The notes: generated from the sequence alone by a model not told the origin. DNA of 15,979 bases from Candidatus Eiseniibacteriota bacterium (GCA_031364845.1 JANLWX010000003.1:1-15979), one strand, 5' to 3'. Counted from the stretch's first letter, positions 1 through 9,682 are shown. Program-made: numbers and translations.

Positions 1-170
1 AAAATGTTGCCGCCGCCGCACACGATGCCGATCTGGATCCCGAGATCGTGGACCTGGCGGATCTCGTCCGCGAGCCCCGCCATCACGTTCTCGTCGATGC
101 CGTGGCCGGCCTCTCCGGCGAGCTGCTCACCGCTCAGCTTGAGGAGGATGCGCTGGTATCGGGGCGTCAC
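1..170 (-). CDS. pyrH: UMP kinase, N-terminal part (runs off the window at position 1)
   Basis: Not in the ORF track. Manual translation from GTG at 170 gives [56 protein letters not shown], with the LLKLSGE and GGGN motifs. GAGG SD upstream; directly follows tsf. Confidence 0.96.
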   Translation of the reverse strand, partial: MTPRYQRILLKLSGEQLAGEAGHGIDENVMAGLADEIRQVHDLGIQIGIVCGGGNI

Positions 171-178
171 CGCTTGCC

Positions 179-781
179 TCAGTCCTGCCCGAGACGGAAT
201 CGCACGAACCGGCGAACCTGAATGTTCTCGCCGGTCTTCGCGGCCGCCTGGGTGACGAGGTCCTGCACCTTGATCTTGTCGTCCTTGATGTAGGGCTGCT
301 CGAGCAGGCAGATCTCGGAGAAGTACTTGTTGACCTTGCCGTCGACGATCTTCTCGATCATCTGCGCCGGCTTGCCTTCCTGTACCAGCTGGGCCGCGAA
401 GATCTCGCGTTCCTTGTCGATGCGCGCGGCCGGTACCTCTTCGCGGCGCAGGTAGTCGGCGCCCGCGGCCGCTGCCTGCATCGCGATGTTGCGCACGAGT
501 TCCTTGAACTCGTCCGTGCGCGCGACGAAGTCGGTTTCGCAGTTGACCTCGATCAGCACGCCCACGCGGTTGCCCGGATGGATGTACGAGTCGACGACTC
601 CCTCGCTCGCGGCGCGCTCGCCGCGCTTCTCTGCCTTGGCGATGCCCGACTTGCGCAACGCGTCGATCGCCTTCTGGAAGTCGCCGGCGGATTCGGACAG
701 CGCCTTCTTGCACTCCATCATTCCCGCGCCCGTCTGCTCACGCAGCTGGCGCACCTGATCGGCGGTGATGGTGACGGTCAT
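179..781 (-). CDS. tsf: Translation elongation factor Ts, short form (200 aa)
   Basis: [26 protein letters not shown] and LLEQPYIKD motifs; SD GAAGGAG before the ATG; lies between rpsB and pyrH. Confidence 0.98.
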   Translation of the reverse strand: MTVTITADQVRQLREQTGAGMMECKKALSESAGDFQKAIDALRKSGIAKAEKRGERAASEGVVDSYIHPGNRVGVLIEVNCETDFVARTDEFKELVRNIAMQAAAAGADYLRREEVPAARIDKEREIFAAQLVQEGKPAQMIEKIVDGKVNKYFSEICLLEQPYIKDDKIKVQDLVTQAAAKTGENIQVRRFVRFRLGQD

Positions 782-801
782 GGAAACTCCTTCGGTTATT
801 T

Positions 802-840
802 ACAACGCCCGCCCGGTCGTTGCACGCGGGCGGGCGTCGT
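802..840 (-). other. Strong stem-loop in the rpsB-tsf spacer (no U-tract)
   Basis: Minus-strand ACGACGCCCGCCCG (840-827) pairs with CGGGCGGGCGTTGT (815-802): 14 bp with one G-U. It is followed by AAATAA rather than a U-run. Confidence 0.7.
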
Positions 841-865
841 GGTTCATCGCTATTGCGCCTCGAAA

Positions 866-1636
866 TCAGGCGGTCGCGGCCTGGGTCGGCTGTCCTTCGG
901 GTTCGCCCGCGTCGCCACCGAACGATACGGTCTCCTGCTCTCCACCTTCGTTCACGTACGACTTCGCCTCGAGGATGGTGTCGGACACCATCTTCACGAA
1001 CAGGCGAATCGAGCGGATCGCGTCGTCGTTGCCCGGCAGCGGATAGTCGATCACGGTCGGATCACAGTTCGTGTCGACCACGCCGACGATCGGGAGCTTG
1101 AGCCGGTTGGCTTCGGCGACCGCGATCTTTTCCTTCTTGGTGTCGACGATGAACACCATCGCCGGCAGTCCGGGCATCTCCTTGATTCCGGAGAAGGCGA
1201 ACTCGAGCCGTTCGCGCTCGCGCGACAACCGCGAGACTTCCTTCTTCGCGAGCTTCTCGAACGTGCCGTCGGCGACCATCGCGTCCAGCTCTTTCAGACG
1301 CTTGATGCTGGTGCGGATGGTCTTGAAGTTCGTCAGCATGCCGCCGAGCCAGCGCTCGGTGACGTGGAACTGCGAACAGCGCGCCACTTCGTCGACGACG
1401 ATCGTCTTCGCCTGCTTCTTGGTGCCGACGAACAGCACGTGTCCGCCGCCCCGCACGACCTTCTCGATCGCCGCGCGCGCTTCCTGCACGCACTTCAGCG
1501 TCTTCTGAAGATCGATGATGTAGATCCCGTTGCGCTCCATAAAGATGAATTTCTTCATCTGGGGGTTCCAGCGCCGGGTCTGATGCCCGAAGTGCACTCC
1601 CGCTTCGAGCAGATCTTTCATGGTCACTTCTGCCAC
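866..1636 (-). CDS. rpsB: 30S ribosomal protein S2
   Basis: [33 protein letters not shown] and PGNDDAIRS motifs. Start moved to the in-frame GTG at 1636, just after the SD GAGGAGGAG; the ORF-track start at 1708 falls in the leader. Confidence 0.97.
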   Translation of the reverse strand: MAEVTMKDLLEAGVHFGHQTRRWNPQMKKFIFMERNGIYIIDLQKTLKCVQEARAAIEKVVRGGGHVLFVGTKKQAKTIVVDEVARCSQFHVTERWLGGMLTNFKTIRTSIKRLKELDAMVADGTFEKLAKKEVSRLSRERERLEFAFSGIKEMPGLPAMVFIVDTKKEKIAVAEANRLKLPIVGVVDTNCDPTVIDYPLPGNDDAIRSIRLFVKMVSDTILEAKSYVNEGGEQETVSFGGDAGEPEGQPTQAATA

Positions 1637-1752
1637 TTGCACTCCTCCTCGGGGGTTTGTCCGCCGCTCCGCCTCCGGTTCAAAGGACGCGTCACCCACC
1701 GCATGCATCTCGGCGGCAGGAACCCCAGCGCTACGGGGCGGGCGTGGAAATG
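1637..1752 (-). promoter_or_regulatory. Probable S2 autoregulatory leader (t44/rpsB-leader-like)
   Basis: On the minus strand, CACGCCC...GGGGTT (1726-1721)...GGAGGC...AACCCC (1657-1652) precedes the SD. The complementary GGGGTT/AACCCC pair and GGAGGC resemble known rpsB leaders. Confidence 0.65.
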
Positions 1753-1775
1753 GGTGCTGCTGTGGTGCTGCTCGA

Positions 1776-2177
1776 CTACCGCTTGCTGAACTGGAACCGC
1801 TTGCGCGCTCCCGGCTGTCCGTACTTCTTGCGTTCCTTCATGCGCGAATCGCGGGTCAGCAGGCCTTCACGGCCCATGAGTCCGCGCAGCGTCTCGTCGT
1901 CACGCACCAGCGCGCGCGCGACACCCTGCCGCAGCGCACCGGCCTGGCCGGTGATGCCACCGCCGTGAACCTTGGCGATGATGTCGAACTTGCCGACGAC
2001 ATTCGCCACGGTGAGCGCATGGAACGCAATCGCGACCAGCGTGTCCCGCTTGAAGTACTCGAGCGGCACGCGGCCATTGACCGTGTGGTTTCCGGTTCCC
2101 GGCGTGAGGCGCACGCGCGACACTGCCGTCTTGCGGCGGCCGACCAGCGGCTTGTTCCCGGTCGTCGTGGTCGCCAT
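1776..2177 (-). CDS. rpsI: 30S ribosomal protein S9
   Basis: [20 protein letters not shown] and [22 protein letters not shown] at 2177 overlaps the rplM stop (TGATG), with SD GGGAGG. Confidence 0.97.
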   Translation of the reverse strand: MATTTTGNKPLVGRRKTAVSRVRLTPGTGNHTVNGRVPLEYFKRDTLVAIAFHALTVANVVGKFDIIAKVHGGGITGQAGALRQGVARALVRDDETLRGLMGREGLLTRDSRMKERKKYGQPGARKRFQFSKR

Positions 2178-2626
2178 CAGACCCTCCCGCCACGACCGTT
2201 GGGATCCCAAGCGGTCGGGTTCTGGGCCTCGTGCGGATGCGACGGTCCAGCGTAGATCTTCAGCTTCTTGATCATCGCGCGGCCGAGCTTCGTCTTCGGC
2301 ATCATCCCGTGCACCGCATGCATGATGACGCGGTCCGGATGCTTCTCCAGCATGGTCTCGATGTTGGTCCACCGCACGCCACCCGGATACATGGTGTGAC
2401 GGAAGTATTCCTTCTCCTGGGGCTTCTTGCCGGTGAGACGGACCTTCTCGGCATTGACCACGACGACATGATCGCCGGTGTCGATGTGCGGTGTGAACAT
2501 CGCCTTGTGCTTGCCTCTGAGCACCATGGCGATCTGCGTCGCCAGGCGTCCGAGGGTACGACCCTCCGCATCCAAAACCAGCCACTTGCGCTGGATGTCC
2601 GCGGGGCGGGCCGAGTACGTCTCCAT
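2177..2626 (-). CDS. rplM: 50S ribosomal protein L13
   Basis: [29 protein letters not shown] and HPHEAQNP motifs. ATG at 2626 follows SD CGGAGG. Confidence 0.98.
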   Translation of the reverse strand: METYSARPADIQRKWLVLDAEGRTLGRLATQIAMVLRGKHKAMFTPHIDTGDHVVVVNAEKVRLTGKKPQEKEYFRHTMYPGGVRWTNIETMLEKHPDRVIMHAVHGMMPKTKLGRAMIKKLKIYAGPSHPHEAQNPTAWDPNGRGGRV

Positions 2627-2725
2627 TCGACCTCCGAAAATGAAACAGACGAACGCCACGCTTGCACGCACGGAACCCCTCCGGCCGCGCGAAACGAGGC
2701 ATCTGCTATCTGCAAGAAACGACGG

Positions 2726-2755
2726 AAGCTAGCATGCTGGAGGAAACCAAGTCAA
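2726..2755 (-). promoter_or_regulatory. Sigma70-type promoter for the rplM-rpsI(-rpsB-tsf-pyrH) unit
   Basis: TTGACT (2755-2750), 18-nt spacer ending TGC (extended -10), then TAGCTT (2731-2726), about 100 nt upstream of rplM. Confidence 0.7.
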
Positions 2756-2783
2756 GGCGGAGACACGGGTTCCGGGGGCTGGT

Positions 2784-4691
2784 TCAGGGCACGCTTCCCG
2801 GTTCCGCCCGCAAACGGTCGAAGAAATCCTGGGCCTGGAGCACCAGCATCCGGCCGTCGAAGGCCAGAGGCGGGATCCGGTCGCGGCGCACAGCCGGGTC
2901 GAAGATCAGGGCGTATTCGCGATACCTGCGGGCGAGGTCGGGCTGGCCATGGGCGGCTTCATAAGTCATCCGGGCCGCGAGCCCTTCCCCGTAGATCCAC
3001 GACACCGTCGACACGTAGGGATCGGTGCGCTGGCGCCACGGCCGCCAGCGCCACGCGGGGAATGCCATCGGCACGTAGGCCGAGTCCGCCCGCAGCTCGA
3101 AGCTGAGGCCCGATGGGATCCGGGCACCGCGGATCCACGGGCTGCCGGCGGCCTCCGAGGAAACGAAGATGCGCCGCTCCCCTTGCCACCGCTCGACCAT
3201 GGCGCCCAGCATCGCTTCGTACGCCGCCTGGATCGTCGCGCTCTCGAACGGGCGCCCGCGCTCGAACGGCGCGACGGCCGTCGCGAAGGCAGTGGCTTCG
3301 GGGTCGAAGCGGCTCGCAAACTCCGGAGCGCGCCGGGCGAGTTCCTCGACGTACCACGAGCGGCGCATCAGCTCCGGGTTCACCACCAGCACATCGGGCC
3401 GCAGATGCTCCACCGTCTGGAGATACATGCTCGCCGATACCGTGTAGTCCCATTGCGAACTCACGAGCACGGCGTTTTCGGGAAGCGACTCGAGCGCGTT
3501 GTGGGTGATGTCTTCGACGAGATGATTCACGTGCTCGTCGCAAGCCCTGTAATGCACGACGGCACTCGCCACGACCAACGCGACAGTCGCCGCGAGCGCC
3601 ACGCGAACGTTGATGCGCTCCGCGAGCGCCATCGCGCCCGCCGCGAAGCAGGCGCCGAGTGCCACGTACGCCGGCATCGCGTAGGGGTCGATGTCGCGGA
3701 TCGCGTAGCCGCCGAAGTAGACGAGGCTCGCGACAACGATCAACAGCAGCCACCACGCCCGCACGCGATCGGCGCGCGCCATGCGCACCGCTCCCCATCC
3801 CGCGAGCACGAGTCCCACCCACACGAACTCCTCGGGCAGACGCGCGAAAAAGAATCCGAGCTGCTGTCGCGCCACATCCATGCTCGAGAACATCCACACC
3901 CGATACTGTCGCGCGCTCAGGTGTTCGACGAGGCGCCACGGAACCTCGGTGTTGCCCCAGTCGAAGCGCGGCTGTTGCGCGGAGCGCAGCGGGAGATACA
4001 GGTACGGCGTGAGTCCAAGCGCGAACGCGGGCGCGAGCACCAGCACACGACGCGCGGTGTTCATTCCCCATCCCGAGGCCGCGATGACCGCGACGACGCA
4101 CGCGGGCGCGAGCAGCACGGTCGTCAGATGATTCGTAAGCGCGAGTCCGAGCGCGAACGCGAACACCATCCCCGTGCGCAGAACCGAAGACTCGGATGCG
4201 TTCTCGCGCATCGCATCCATCCAGCGCACGAACGTCCACGCGACGAGCGGCAGCAGCAGTGCGTGGAGCGCATAGGCCTCGAATCCGTTCGCCTGCTGCC
4301 ACCAGGTCGAGGTCACGCCGGTCGCGAGCGCGCCGAGTAAGGCGCACGCGGCGCGAACGCCGCGGCGCGGCGCTGATCGAGGCGTGAGCGCCACGAGCAC
4401 GCGATCGTAGAGCAACGTGAGCACGCCGAGCCCGAGGGCCGCGATCACCGCCGCGAACAGATTGAGCGCGAGCACCGGACGCAGCGGCGTGAGCGCCACC
4501 ACCAGATGGCCGAGCAGGGTGAGCGTCGGATATCCGGTCGGATGCGCAATGCCGAGCGTGCACGCGACCGCCGCCAGTTCGCCGCGGTCGATGAAGCCCA
4601 CGCCGCGCGCCGCGGTCGGCAGATACAGGGCGAGGCCGATCGCGACCGCACCGGAGGCGGCAGCGAAGGCAGGAGTTCGTGCGGCGCGCAT
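2784..4691 (-). CDS. DUF2723 / TMEM260-like multi-pass GT-C glycosyltransferase (putative protein O-mannosyltransferase)
   Basis: N-terminal IDRGELAAVACTLGIAHPTGYP matches the D-x-G-E...LGxAHPxGYP hallmark. Also WQQANGFEAYAL, LALTNH and PYLYLPLR..WG; roughly 11-12 hydrophobic segments; a soluble C-terminal domain (LPENAVL..WD..YLQTVEHLRPDV) ending in a TPR-like helix pair. AGAGGT upstream of the ATG. Confidence 0.85.
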   Translation of the reverse strand: MRAARTPAFAAASGAVAIGLALYLPTAARGVGFIDRGELAAVACTLGIAHPTGYPTLTLLGHLVVALTPLRPVLALNLFAAVIAALGLGVLTLLYDRVLVALTPRSAPRRGVRAACALLGALATGVTSTWWQQANGFEAYALHALLLPLVAWTFVRWMDAMRENASESSVLRTGMVFAFALGLALTNHLTTVLLAPACVVAVIAASGWGMNTARRVLVLAPAFALGLTPYLYLPLRSAQQPRFDWGNTEVPWRLVEHLSARQYRVWMFSSMDVARQQLGFFFARLPEEFVWVGLVLAGWGAVRMARADRVRAWWLLLIVVASLVYFGGYAIRDIDPYAMPAYVALGACFAAGAMALAERINVRVALAATVALVVASAVVHYRACDEHVNHLVEDITHNALESLPENAVLVSSQWDYTVSASMYLQTVEHLRPDVLVVNPELMRRSWYVEELARRAPEFASRFDPEATAFATAVAPFERGRPFESATIQAAYEAMLGAMVERWQGERRIFVSSEAAGSPWIRGARIPSGLSFELRADSAYVPMAFPAWRWRPWRQRTDPYVSTVSWIYGEGLAARMTYEAAHGQPDLARRYREYALIFDPAVRRDRIPPLAFDGRMLVLQAQDFFDRLRAEPGSVP

Positions 4692-4706
4692 CGTGCGGCC
4701 TTACCT

Positions 4707-5303
4707 CTACGCGAACTCGAGCAGCAGCCGGCGCAGGCGATCGAGCGGCAGGCCGACCACGTTGAAGTAGTCGCCTTCGATCCCGCGTATGAACGCCGCC
4801 GCGCGCCCCTGGATACCGTACGCCCCTGCCTTGTCGAGCGACTCCCCGCTCGCGACGTACGCGGCGATCTCGCCGGGCTCCATCCGCGAGAAGCGCACGC
4901 GCGTCAACTCGGCAGCGGTGCGCTGTTCCGTGCCCCGCACGAGTGCCAGTCCCGTCCACACTTCGTGCGTGCGGCCGTGGAGCCGGCCCAGCATCGCCTT
5001 CGCTTCCGCCGCATCCTTCGGCTTGCCGAGGCGCGTGCCGCGCACCACGACCACCGTGTCCGCGCCGATCACGACCGCGTCCGGCTGCTGGGCCGCAACG
5101 CGGCGCGCCTTGTCGAGCGCTAGTGCGCGCACGCCGTGGCGCGCATCGGCATCGCCCGGCCACGCACGATCGGGGCCGGGGTCCAGGATCGTGAACTCCG
5201 CTCCGACCTGACGCAGCAGTTGAACGCGGCGCGGCGAGGCCGAGGCAAGCACCAGCGGCGACGCGCCGCGCCAGAACACGTTCGCGCGGCGCTCAGCCGG
5301 CAT
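4707..5303 (-). CDS. maf: Maf-family nucleoside triphosphate pyrophosphatase (YhdE-like subtype)
   Basis: [31 protein letters not shown] and [10 protein letters not shown] motifs. ATG overlaps the dtd 3' end by 11 nt and has a GGAG SD. Confidence 0.95.
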   Translation of the reverse strand: MPAERRANVFWRGASPLVLASASPRRVQLLRQVGAEFTILDPGPDRAWPGDADARHGVRALALDKARRVAAQQPDAVVIGADTVVVVRGTRLGKPKDAAEAKAMLGRLHGRTHEVWTGLALVRGTEQRTAAELTRVRFSRMEPGEIAAYVASGESLDKAGAYGIQGRAAAFIRGIEGDYFNVVGLPLDRLRRLLLEFA

Positions 5304-5775
5304 CAGCAGCTCCGGTCTTCGCAGAGGTTCCGGCCACCGGGCTTTCGATCATCAGCGTGATCGGTCCATCGTTCACCAGCTCCACCTCCATGTGCGCGCG
5401 GAATACGCCACGTGCGACCTCGATTCCGCAGTCGGCAAGTGCCGCGCAGAACTGTTCGTAGAGCGGCTCCGCATGTTCCGGGCGCGCGGCGGCCAGGAAC
5501 TCCGGACGCCGTCCGCGCCGCCCGTCTCCGTACAGCGTGAACTGCGGGATCGCGAGCACCGCGCCCCCCACGGCCGCGACATCGCGATTCATGAGCTGCT
5601 CACCGTCGGCGAACACCCGCAGACCCGCAATCTTCTTCGCCAACCACGCTGCATCGACCGCGGTGTCCGCATGTGTCGCGCCGACCAGCGCCACCAGTCC
5701 AGTCCCGATCTCGCCGGTCACGCGGCCGTCCACCGTGCAGCGCGCGCGGGTGACGCGCTGGATCAACGCCCTCAT
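5293..5775 (-). CDS. dtd: D-aminoacyl-tRNA deacylase
   Basis: [16 protein letters not shown] and NDGPIT motifs; ATGA overlap with the rel stop; classic rel-dtd linkage. Confidence 0.96.
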   Translation of the reverse strand: MRALIQRVTRARCTVDGRVTGEIGTGLVALVGATHADTAVDAAWLAKKIAGLRVFADGEQLMNRDVAAVGGAVLAIPQFTLYGDGRRGRRPEFLAAARPEHAEPLYEQFCAALADCGIEVARGVFRAHMEVELVNDGPITLMIESPVAGTSAKTGAADAG

Positions 5776-7973
5776 TTACCGTCGCCGTTCCCGGCCTCGC
5801 GGCGCACGATCCGCTTGCGGCGTTCGACGCGCGAAACCCCCGCGACCTTGCGGATCGCCTGGATCACTTCGAGCAGCTTCGCGACGTGCGGCACCTCGAC
5901 GACGAACACGCCGCGCGCCGTGCGATCCTCGCTCGCCATGCCCGCCGAGCGGATGTTGACGGCCGTGGTCGCAATCGTCTTCGCGATGTCGGCGAGCAGC
6001 GCCGGGCGATCCTGTCCATAGACCACGAGCCGCACCGGGAACGTCTCGCCGATTCCCGCGTCCCATTCGACACCCACCTTGCGCTCGGGTGCGATGCGAT
6101 CACCAAACGTGTTCGGACAGTCCTGGCGATGCACCGACACCCCGCGCCCGACCGTGACCACACCGATCACCGCGTCGCCCGGCACCGGCTGGCAGCAGCG
6201 CGCGAAGCTCAGCATGACGTTGTCGATGCCTTGAATGCGCACGCCGCCGGTCGGGCGCCTGGTGATGCCGAGCGCTTCGAGCGGACCCTTGGCCAGGCGT
6301 TCGGCGAAGCCTTCCTTCTCCGGCACCACTTTGCGCACGACCGCGGTGAGCGAGAGCTGGCCTTCGGCGAGCCGCGCATACATCTGATCGGCATCGGTGC
6401 AGCCGAGGCCGCGCGCCAGCTCCTCGAGTTCGGCCTCCGTCGCGGCGTGCCGCAGCCGCTTCAACTCTCGCTCCAGCATCTCGCGTCCGAGCGACACGCT
6501 GTCGGTGCGGCGGCGCTGGCGCAGCCAGTGGCGCACCTTGCTGCGCGCGCCCGCGGTGCGCACCATCTGCAACCAGTCGTCGTGCGGCTGCGCGTGCGAC
6601 GACGTGATGATCTCGACCGTGTCGCCGTTGCGCAGCAGATAGCGCAACGGAACCAGTTCGCCGTTCACGCGCGCGCCCACCGTGTGCTGGCCGACCTCGG
6701 TGTGGACCGCGAACGCGAAGTCGAGCGCGGTCGCCCCGCGCGGCAGGCGTTTCAGTTCGCGCCGCGGCGTGTAGACGAACACCTCTTCCTGATAGAGCGC
6801 GGTGCGCAGGAAGTCCATGTACTCATCGTCGGTCGCGGTGCGCTGCCAGTCGGCGGTCTGGGCGACGAACCCGCCGAGCTTGGCGTCGAGTTCCTCATCG
6901 ACACTGCCGCCCTGCTTGTACACGTAGTGCGCTGCGACGCCGGTCTCGGCGGTGCGGTGCATGTCGCGCGTGCGGATCTGGACTTCGACCATTTCGCCGT
7001 CGGCCAGCACCGTCGTGTGCAGCGACTGATAGAGGTTGCTCTTCGGCGTCGCGATGTAGTCCTTGAAGCGGTCCGCGACCGGCGTGAAGCGGTCGTGCAC
7101 CACGCCGAGCGCGCGATAACAATCGTTGCGCGTGTGCGTGATGATGCGCAGCCCGAACAGATCGTAGATCGACTCGAAGTCCCGGCCCGACGTCATCTTG
7201 TGGTAGATCGAGTAGAAGTGCTTCGGGCGGCCGGTGACCTCGGCCTTGATACCCGCCGCGCGCAGCCCTTCCTCGAGCTTGTCGCGCACGCCATCGAGGA
7301 ACAAGTCGCGCTCCTCGCGGCGCACCTGGATGCGCTGGATGAGTTCGTTGTAGGCGCTGGAATCGAGCACCTTCAAACTCAGGTCCTCGAGTTCGCGCTT
7401 GATGCCGGCCATGCCGAGCCGGTGCGCGAGCGGCGCGTAGATCTCGCGGCTCTCGAGAGCGATGCGCTGCTGCTTGTCGGGACGCAGCACGTCGATCGTG
7501 CGCATGTTGTGGACGCGGTCGGCGAGCTTGATGAAGATCACGCGCAGGTCGCGCGACATCGACAGCAGCATCTTGCGGAAGTTCTCGGCCTGCGCGGTCT
7601 CGCGGCGGTCGAAGTGCAGATGCGAGAGCTTGGTCACGCCTTCGACCAGGCTCGCGACCTCCTTGCCGAACCGCTTCTCGACATCCTCGGGCGTGACCTC
7701 GGTGTCTTCGACCACGTCGTGCAGCAGTGTGGCGCACACGAGCGGCGTGTCGAGCCGCGACTCGAGCAGATCGACCAGCAGCAGCGTGACCGCCACCACA
7801 TGGGTCACGTAGGGCTCGCCGGACTCGCGCTTCTGTTCGCCGTGCGCGCGAGCCGCGAAGTCGAAGCACGCCGCGACGCGGTCACGATCGACCTTGGGCG
7901 CGCGCTCGTCGAGAGCCGCGATCAGGGCGGCCCGCAGTTCCGGGTGCGGCCCCTCCTGCGGCTGATCGTTCAC
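5772..7973 (-). CDS. rel: Bifunctional (p)ppGpp synthetase/hydrolase Rel (733 aa)
   Basis: Intact hydrolase motif LLHDVVED and KLADRVHN; synthetase motifs GRPKH, RFKDYIA (RxKD type), YQSLHT and EVQIRT; TGS ([11 protein letters not shown]); zinc finger (RCCQPVPGD...HRQDC); ACT domain. Start set at GTG 7973, a GTGA overlap with the recJ stop. Confidence 0.97.
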   Translation of the reverse strand: MNDQPQEGPHPELRAALIAALDERAPKVDRDRVAACFDFAARAHGEQKRESGEPYVTHVVAVTLLLVDLLESRLDTPLVCATLLHDVVEDTEVTPEDVEKRFGKEVASLVEGVTKLSHLHFDRRETAQAENFRKMLLSMSRDLRVIFIKLADRVHNMRTIDVLRPDKQQRIALESREIYAPLAHRLGMAGIKRELEDLSLKVLDSSAYNELIQRIQVRREERDLFLDGVRDKLEEGLRAAGIKAEVTGRPKHFYSIYHKMTSGRDFESIYDLFGLRIITHTRNDCYRALGVVHDRFTPVADRFKDYIATPKSNLYQSLHTTVLADGEMVEVQIRTRDMHRTAETGVAAHYVYKQGGSVDEELDAKLGGFVAQTADWQRTATDDEYMDFLRTALYQEEVFVYTPRRELKRLPRGATALDFAFAVHTEVGQHTVGARVNGELVPLRYLLRNGDTVEIITSSHAQPHDDWLQMVRTAGARSKVRHWLRQRRRTDSVSLGREMLERELKRLRHAATEAELEELARGLGCTDADQMYARLAEGQLSLTAVVRKVVPEKEGFAERLAKGPLEALGITRRPTGGVRIQGIDNVMLSFARCCQPVPGDAVIGVVTVGRGVSVHRQDCPNTFGDRIAPERKVGVEWDAGIGETFPVRLVVYGQDRPALLADIAKTIATTAVNIRSAGMASEDRTARGVFVVEVPHVAKLLEVIQAIRKVAGVSRVERRKRIVRREAGNGDGK

Positions 7974-9682
7974 CGGACCCGAACCCCCTTCAGCTTGAGC
8001 TGAACGCGCGACTCGCCCATCCACTCGTTGCGCGCGGGTGCGAACGCCACGTCGCAACGACCGGCACGGCCGATCTCTCCCGCGCGTTCGCCCATTCCGA
8101 AGCCGATCGCCTCGGCAGTACCGGTCGCATCAGCGACCGTCATACGCACGTGCTTGCCGCCGCCGACCGTGGTGACACGGGTCGCCTTCACGTCGCGCGC
8201 GACGAACACCGGTTCGGGATTGCCGAGCCCGTGCGGCGACATGCGATCCAGCCAGTCGGCGAGTCCGAGATCGCACGCGGACAACTGGACCTCCGCGTCG
8301 ACCGTCAGCTGGGGCACGCAGTCCTCGGCACGCAGGCGCGCCTTCACGAGCGCTTCGAAACGTTCGCGGAGCGCGGGCAGATGCTCGCGCCGCACCGTGA
8401 GCCCCGCGGCGAACGCATGACCGCCGAACGCTTCGAGCAGATCGCCGCACTGCGAGAGCACACTGTTGAGATCGAGCCCCGGCAGGCTGCGGCCCGAACC
8501 GCGGCCGCGTTCGCCCTGCAGCGCCACCAGCAACGTCGGACGCTGATAGCGCTCGACCAGCCGCGACGCGACGATGCCGATCACGCCCGGATGCCAGCGC
8601 TCCGACCACAGCATCAACGACGAGCACTCCGGCCACTGACACTCGGACTCGACCATCTGTGCGGCTTCGATCAGGGCCTGCTCATCGAAGCGGCGGCGGC
8701 GCTCGTTGTCCTCTTCGAGGCTCTCCGCGATCACGCGGGCTTCGGAGGCATCGCGCGACAGCAGCAGCCGCAGTCCCTGCTCCGCATTGCCCATGCGTCC
8801 GCCCGCATTGATGCGCGGCGCGAGCACGAACGCCACCTGACCGCTCTGGATCGCGCGCCCGGTGAGTCCCGCGACGTCGATCAGCGAACGCAGGCCGACA
8901 CGCTTCAGGCGGTTCAGGCGCTCGAGGCCGAGGCGCGCGAGTACTCGATTCTCTCCCACCAGCGGGACGATGTCGGCGATCGTGCCGAGCGCCACGACGT
9001 CGAGATATTCGCCGGCGGCCTCGAGCCCGCCGCGTCCGCGCAGCAGCGCTTCGACGAGCTTGAAAGTGACGCCGACCCCCGCGAGCGCCTTGAATGGATA
9101 CCCGCAACCCACTCGGTGCGGGTTCACGATCGCGACCGCCTCAGGCAACGTCTCGGGCGGCTCGTGGTGGTCGGTGACGACGACGTCGATGCCCAGTTCC
9201 CGCGCGCGCGCAACCGGATCGACCGCGGTGATCCCGCAGTCGACCGTCACGATCAGCGTGCAGCCGCGGCGGCGCGCGTCCTCGATCGCATCGCGCGACA
9301 GACCGTAACCGTCGCGCATGCGGTGCGGGATGCGGTATTCGACGTCCCCGCCCAGATCGCTCAGGACCGCATAGAGCATGAACGTCGACGTGATGCCGTC
9401 GACGTCGTAGTCGCCGTGGACCAGGATGCGCTCACGCCTCGAGATCGCGAGGTGGATGCGTTCCACGGCGCGGTCCAGATCGAGCAGCGCCGAAGGGTCG
9501 TGCAGGTCGCCGAACGCCGGATCGAGGAAGTGCTTCACGCGATCGACGGTGTCGATGCCGCGATTCAGCAGCGCATGGGCGACCGGAATCGGGGCCGACA
9601 GATCCCGCGCGAGCGCGTGGGCGGCCTCCGGGGCATGTCGAGGATGGAGCACCCAGTTCGGCGTGGCGGACGACGCGAGCAC
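7970..9682 (-). CDS. recJ: Single-stranded-DNA-specific exonuclease RecJ
   Basis: GDYDVDG, TVDCG, TDHH, LGTIAD, APRINAGGR and GGHAFAAG motifs plus an OB-fold-like C-terminus. GTG start preceded by AAAGGT. Confidence 0.97.
   Translation of the reverse strand: MLASSATPNWVLHPRHAPEAAHALARDLSAPIPVAHALLNRGIDTVDRVKHFLDPAFGDLHDPSALLDLDRAVERIHLAISRRERILVHGDYDVDGITSTFMLYAVLSDLGGDVEYRIPHRMRDGYGLSRDAIEDARRRGCTLIVTVDCGITAVDPVARARELGIDVVVTDHHEPPETLPEAVAIVNPHRVGCGYPFKALAGVGVTFKLVEALLRGRGGLEAAGEYLDVVALGTIADIVPLVGENRVLARLGLERLNRLKRVGLRSLIDVAGLTGRAIQSGQVAFVLAPRINAGGRMGNAEQGLRLLLSRDASEARVIAESLEEDNERRRRFDEQALIEAAQMVESECQWPECSSLMLWSERWHPGVIGIVASRLVERYQRPTLLVALQGERGRGSGRSLPGLDLNSVLSQCGDLLEAFGGHAFAAGLTVRREHLPALRERFEALVKARLRAEDCVPQLTVDAEVQLSACDLGLADWLDRMSPHGLGNPEPVFVARDVKATRVTTVGGGKHVRMTVADATGTAEAIGFGMGERAGEIGRAGRCDVAFAPARNEWMGESRVQLKLKGVRVR

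Noticed and set aside
578..1789. 403-aa plus-strand ORF antisense to rpsB/tsf, and the other plus-strand ORFs
   Set aside because: Antisense shadows of conserved genes; no plus-strand gene is supported anywhere in the window.
1776..2702. 308-aa ORF suggesting an N-terminally extended S9
   Set aside because: The extension is an off-frame reading of rplM; the real start is ATG 2177 with its own SD and a TGATG overlap.
2959..5163. 734-aa minus-strand alternative-frame ORF across maf and the DUF2723 gene
   Set aside because: Arg/Gly/Ala-dominated translation expected from off-frame reading of GC-rich genes; both real frames are intact, so no frameshift is needed.
5886..8003. 705-aa plus-strand ORF antisense to rel
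   Set aside because: Shadow ORF typical of high-GC codon bias; no recognisable motifs; fully opposite a well-supported gene.
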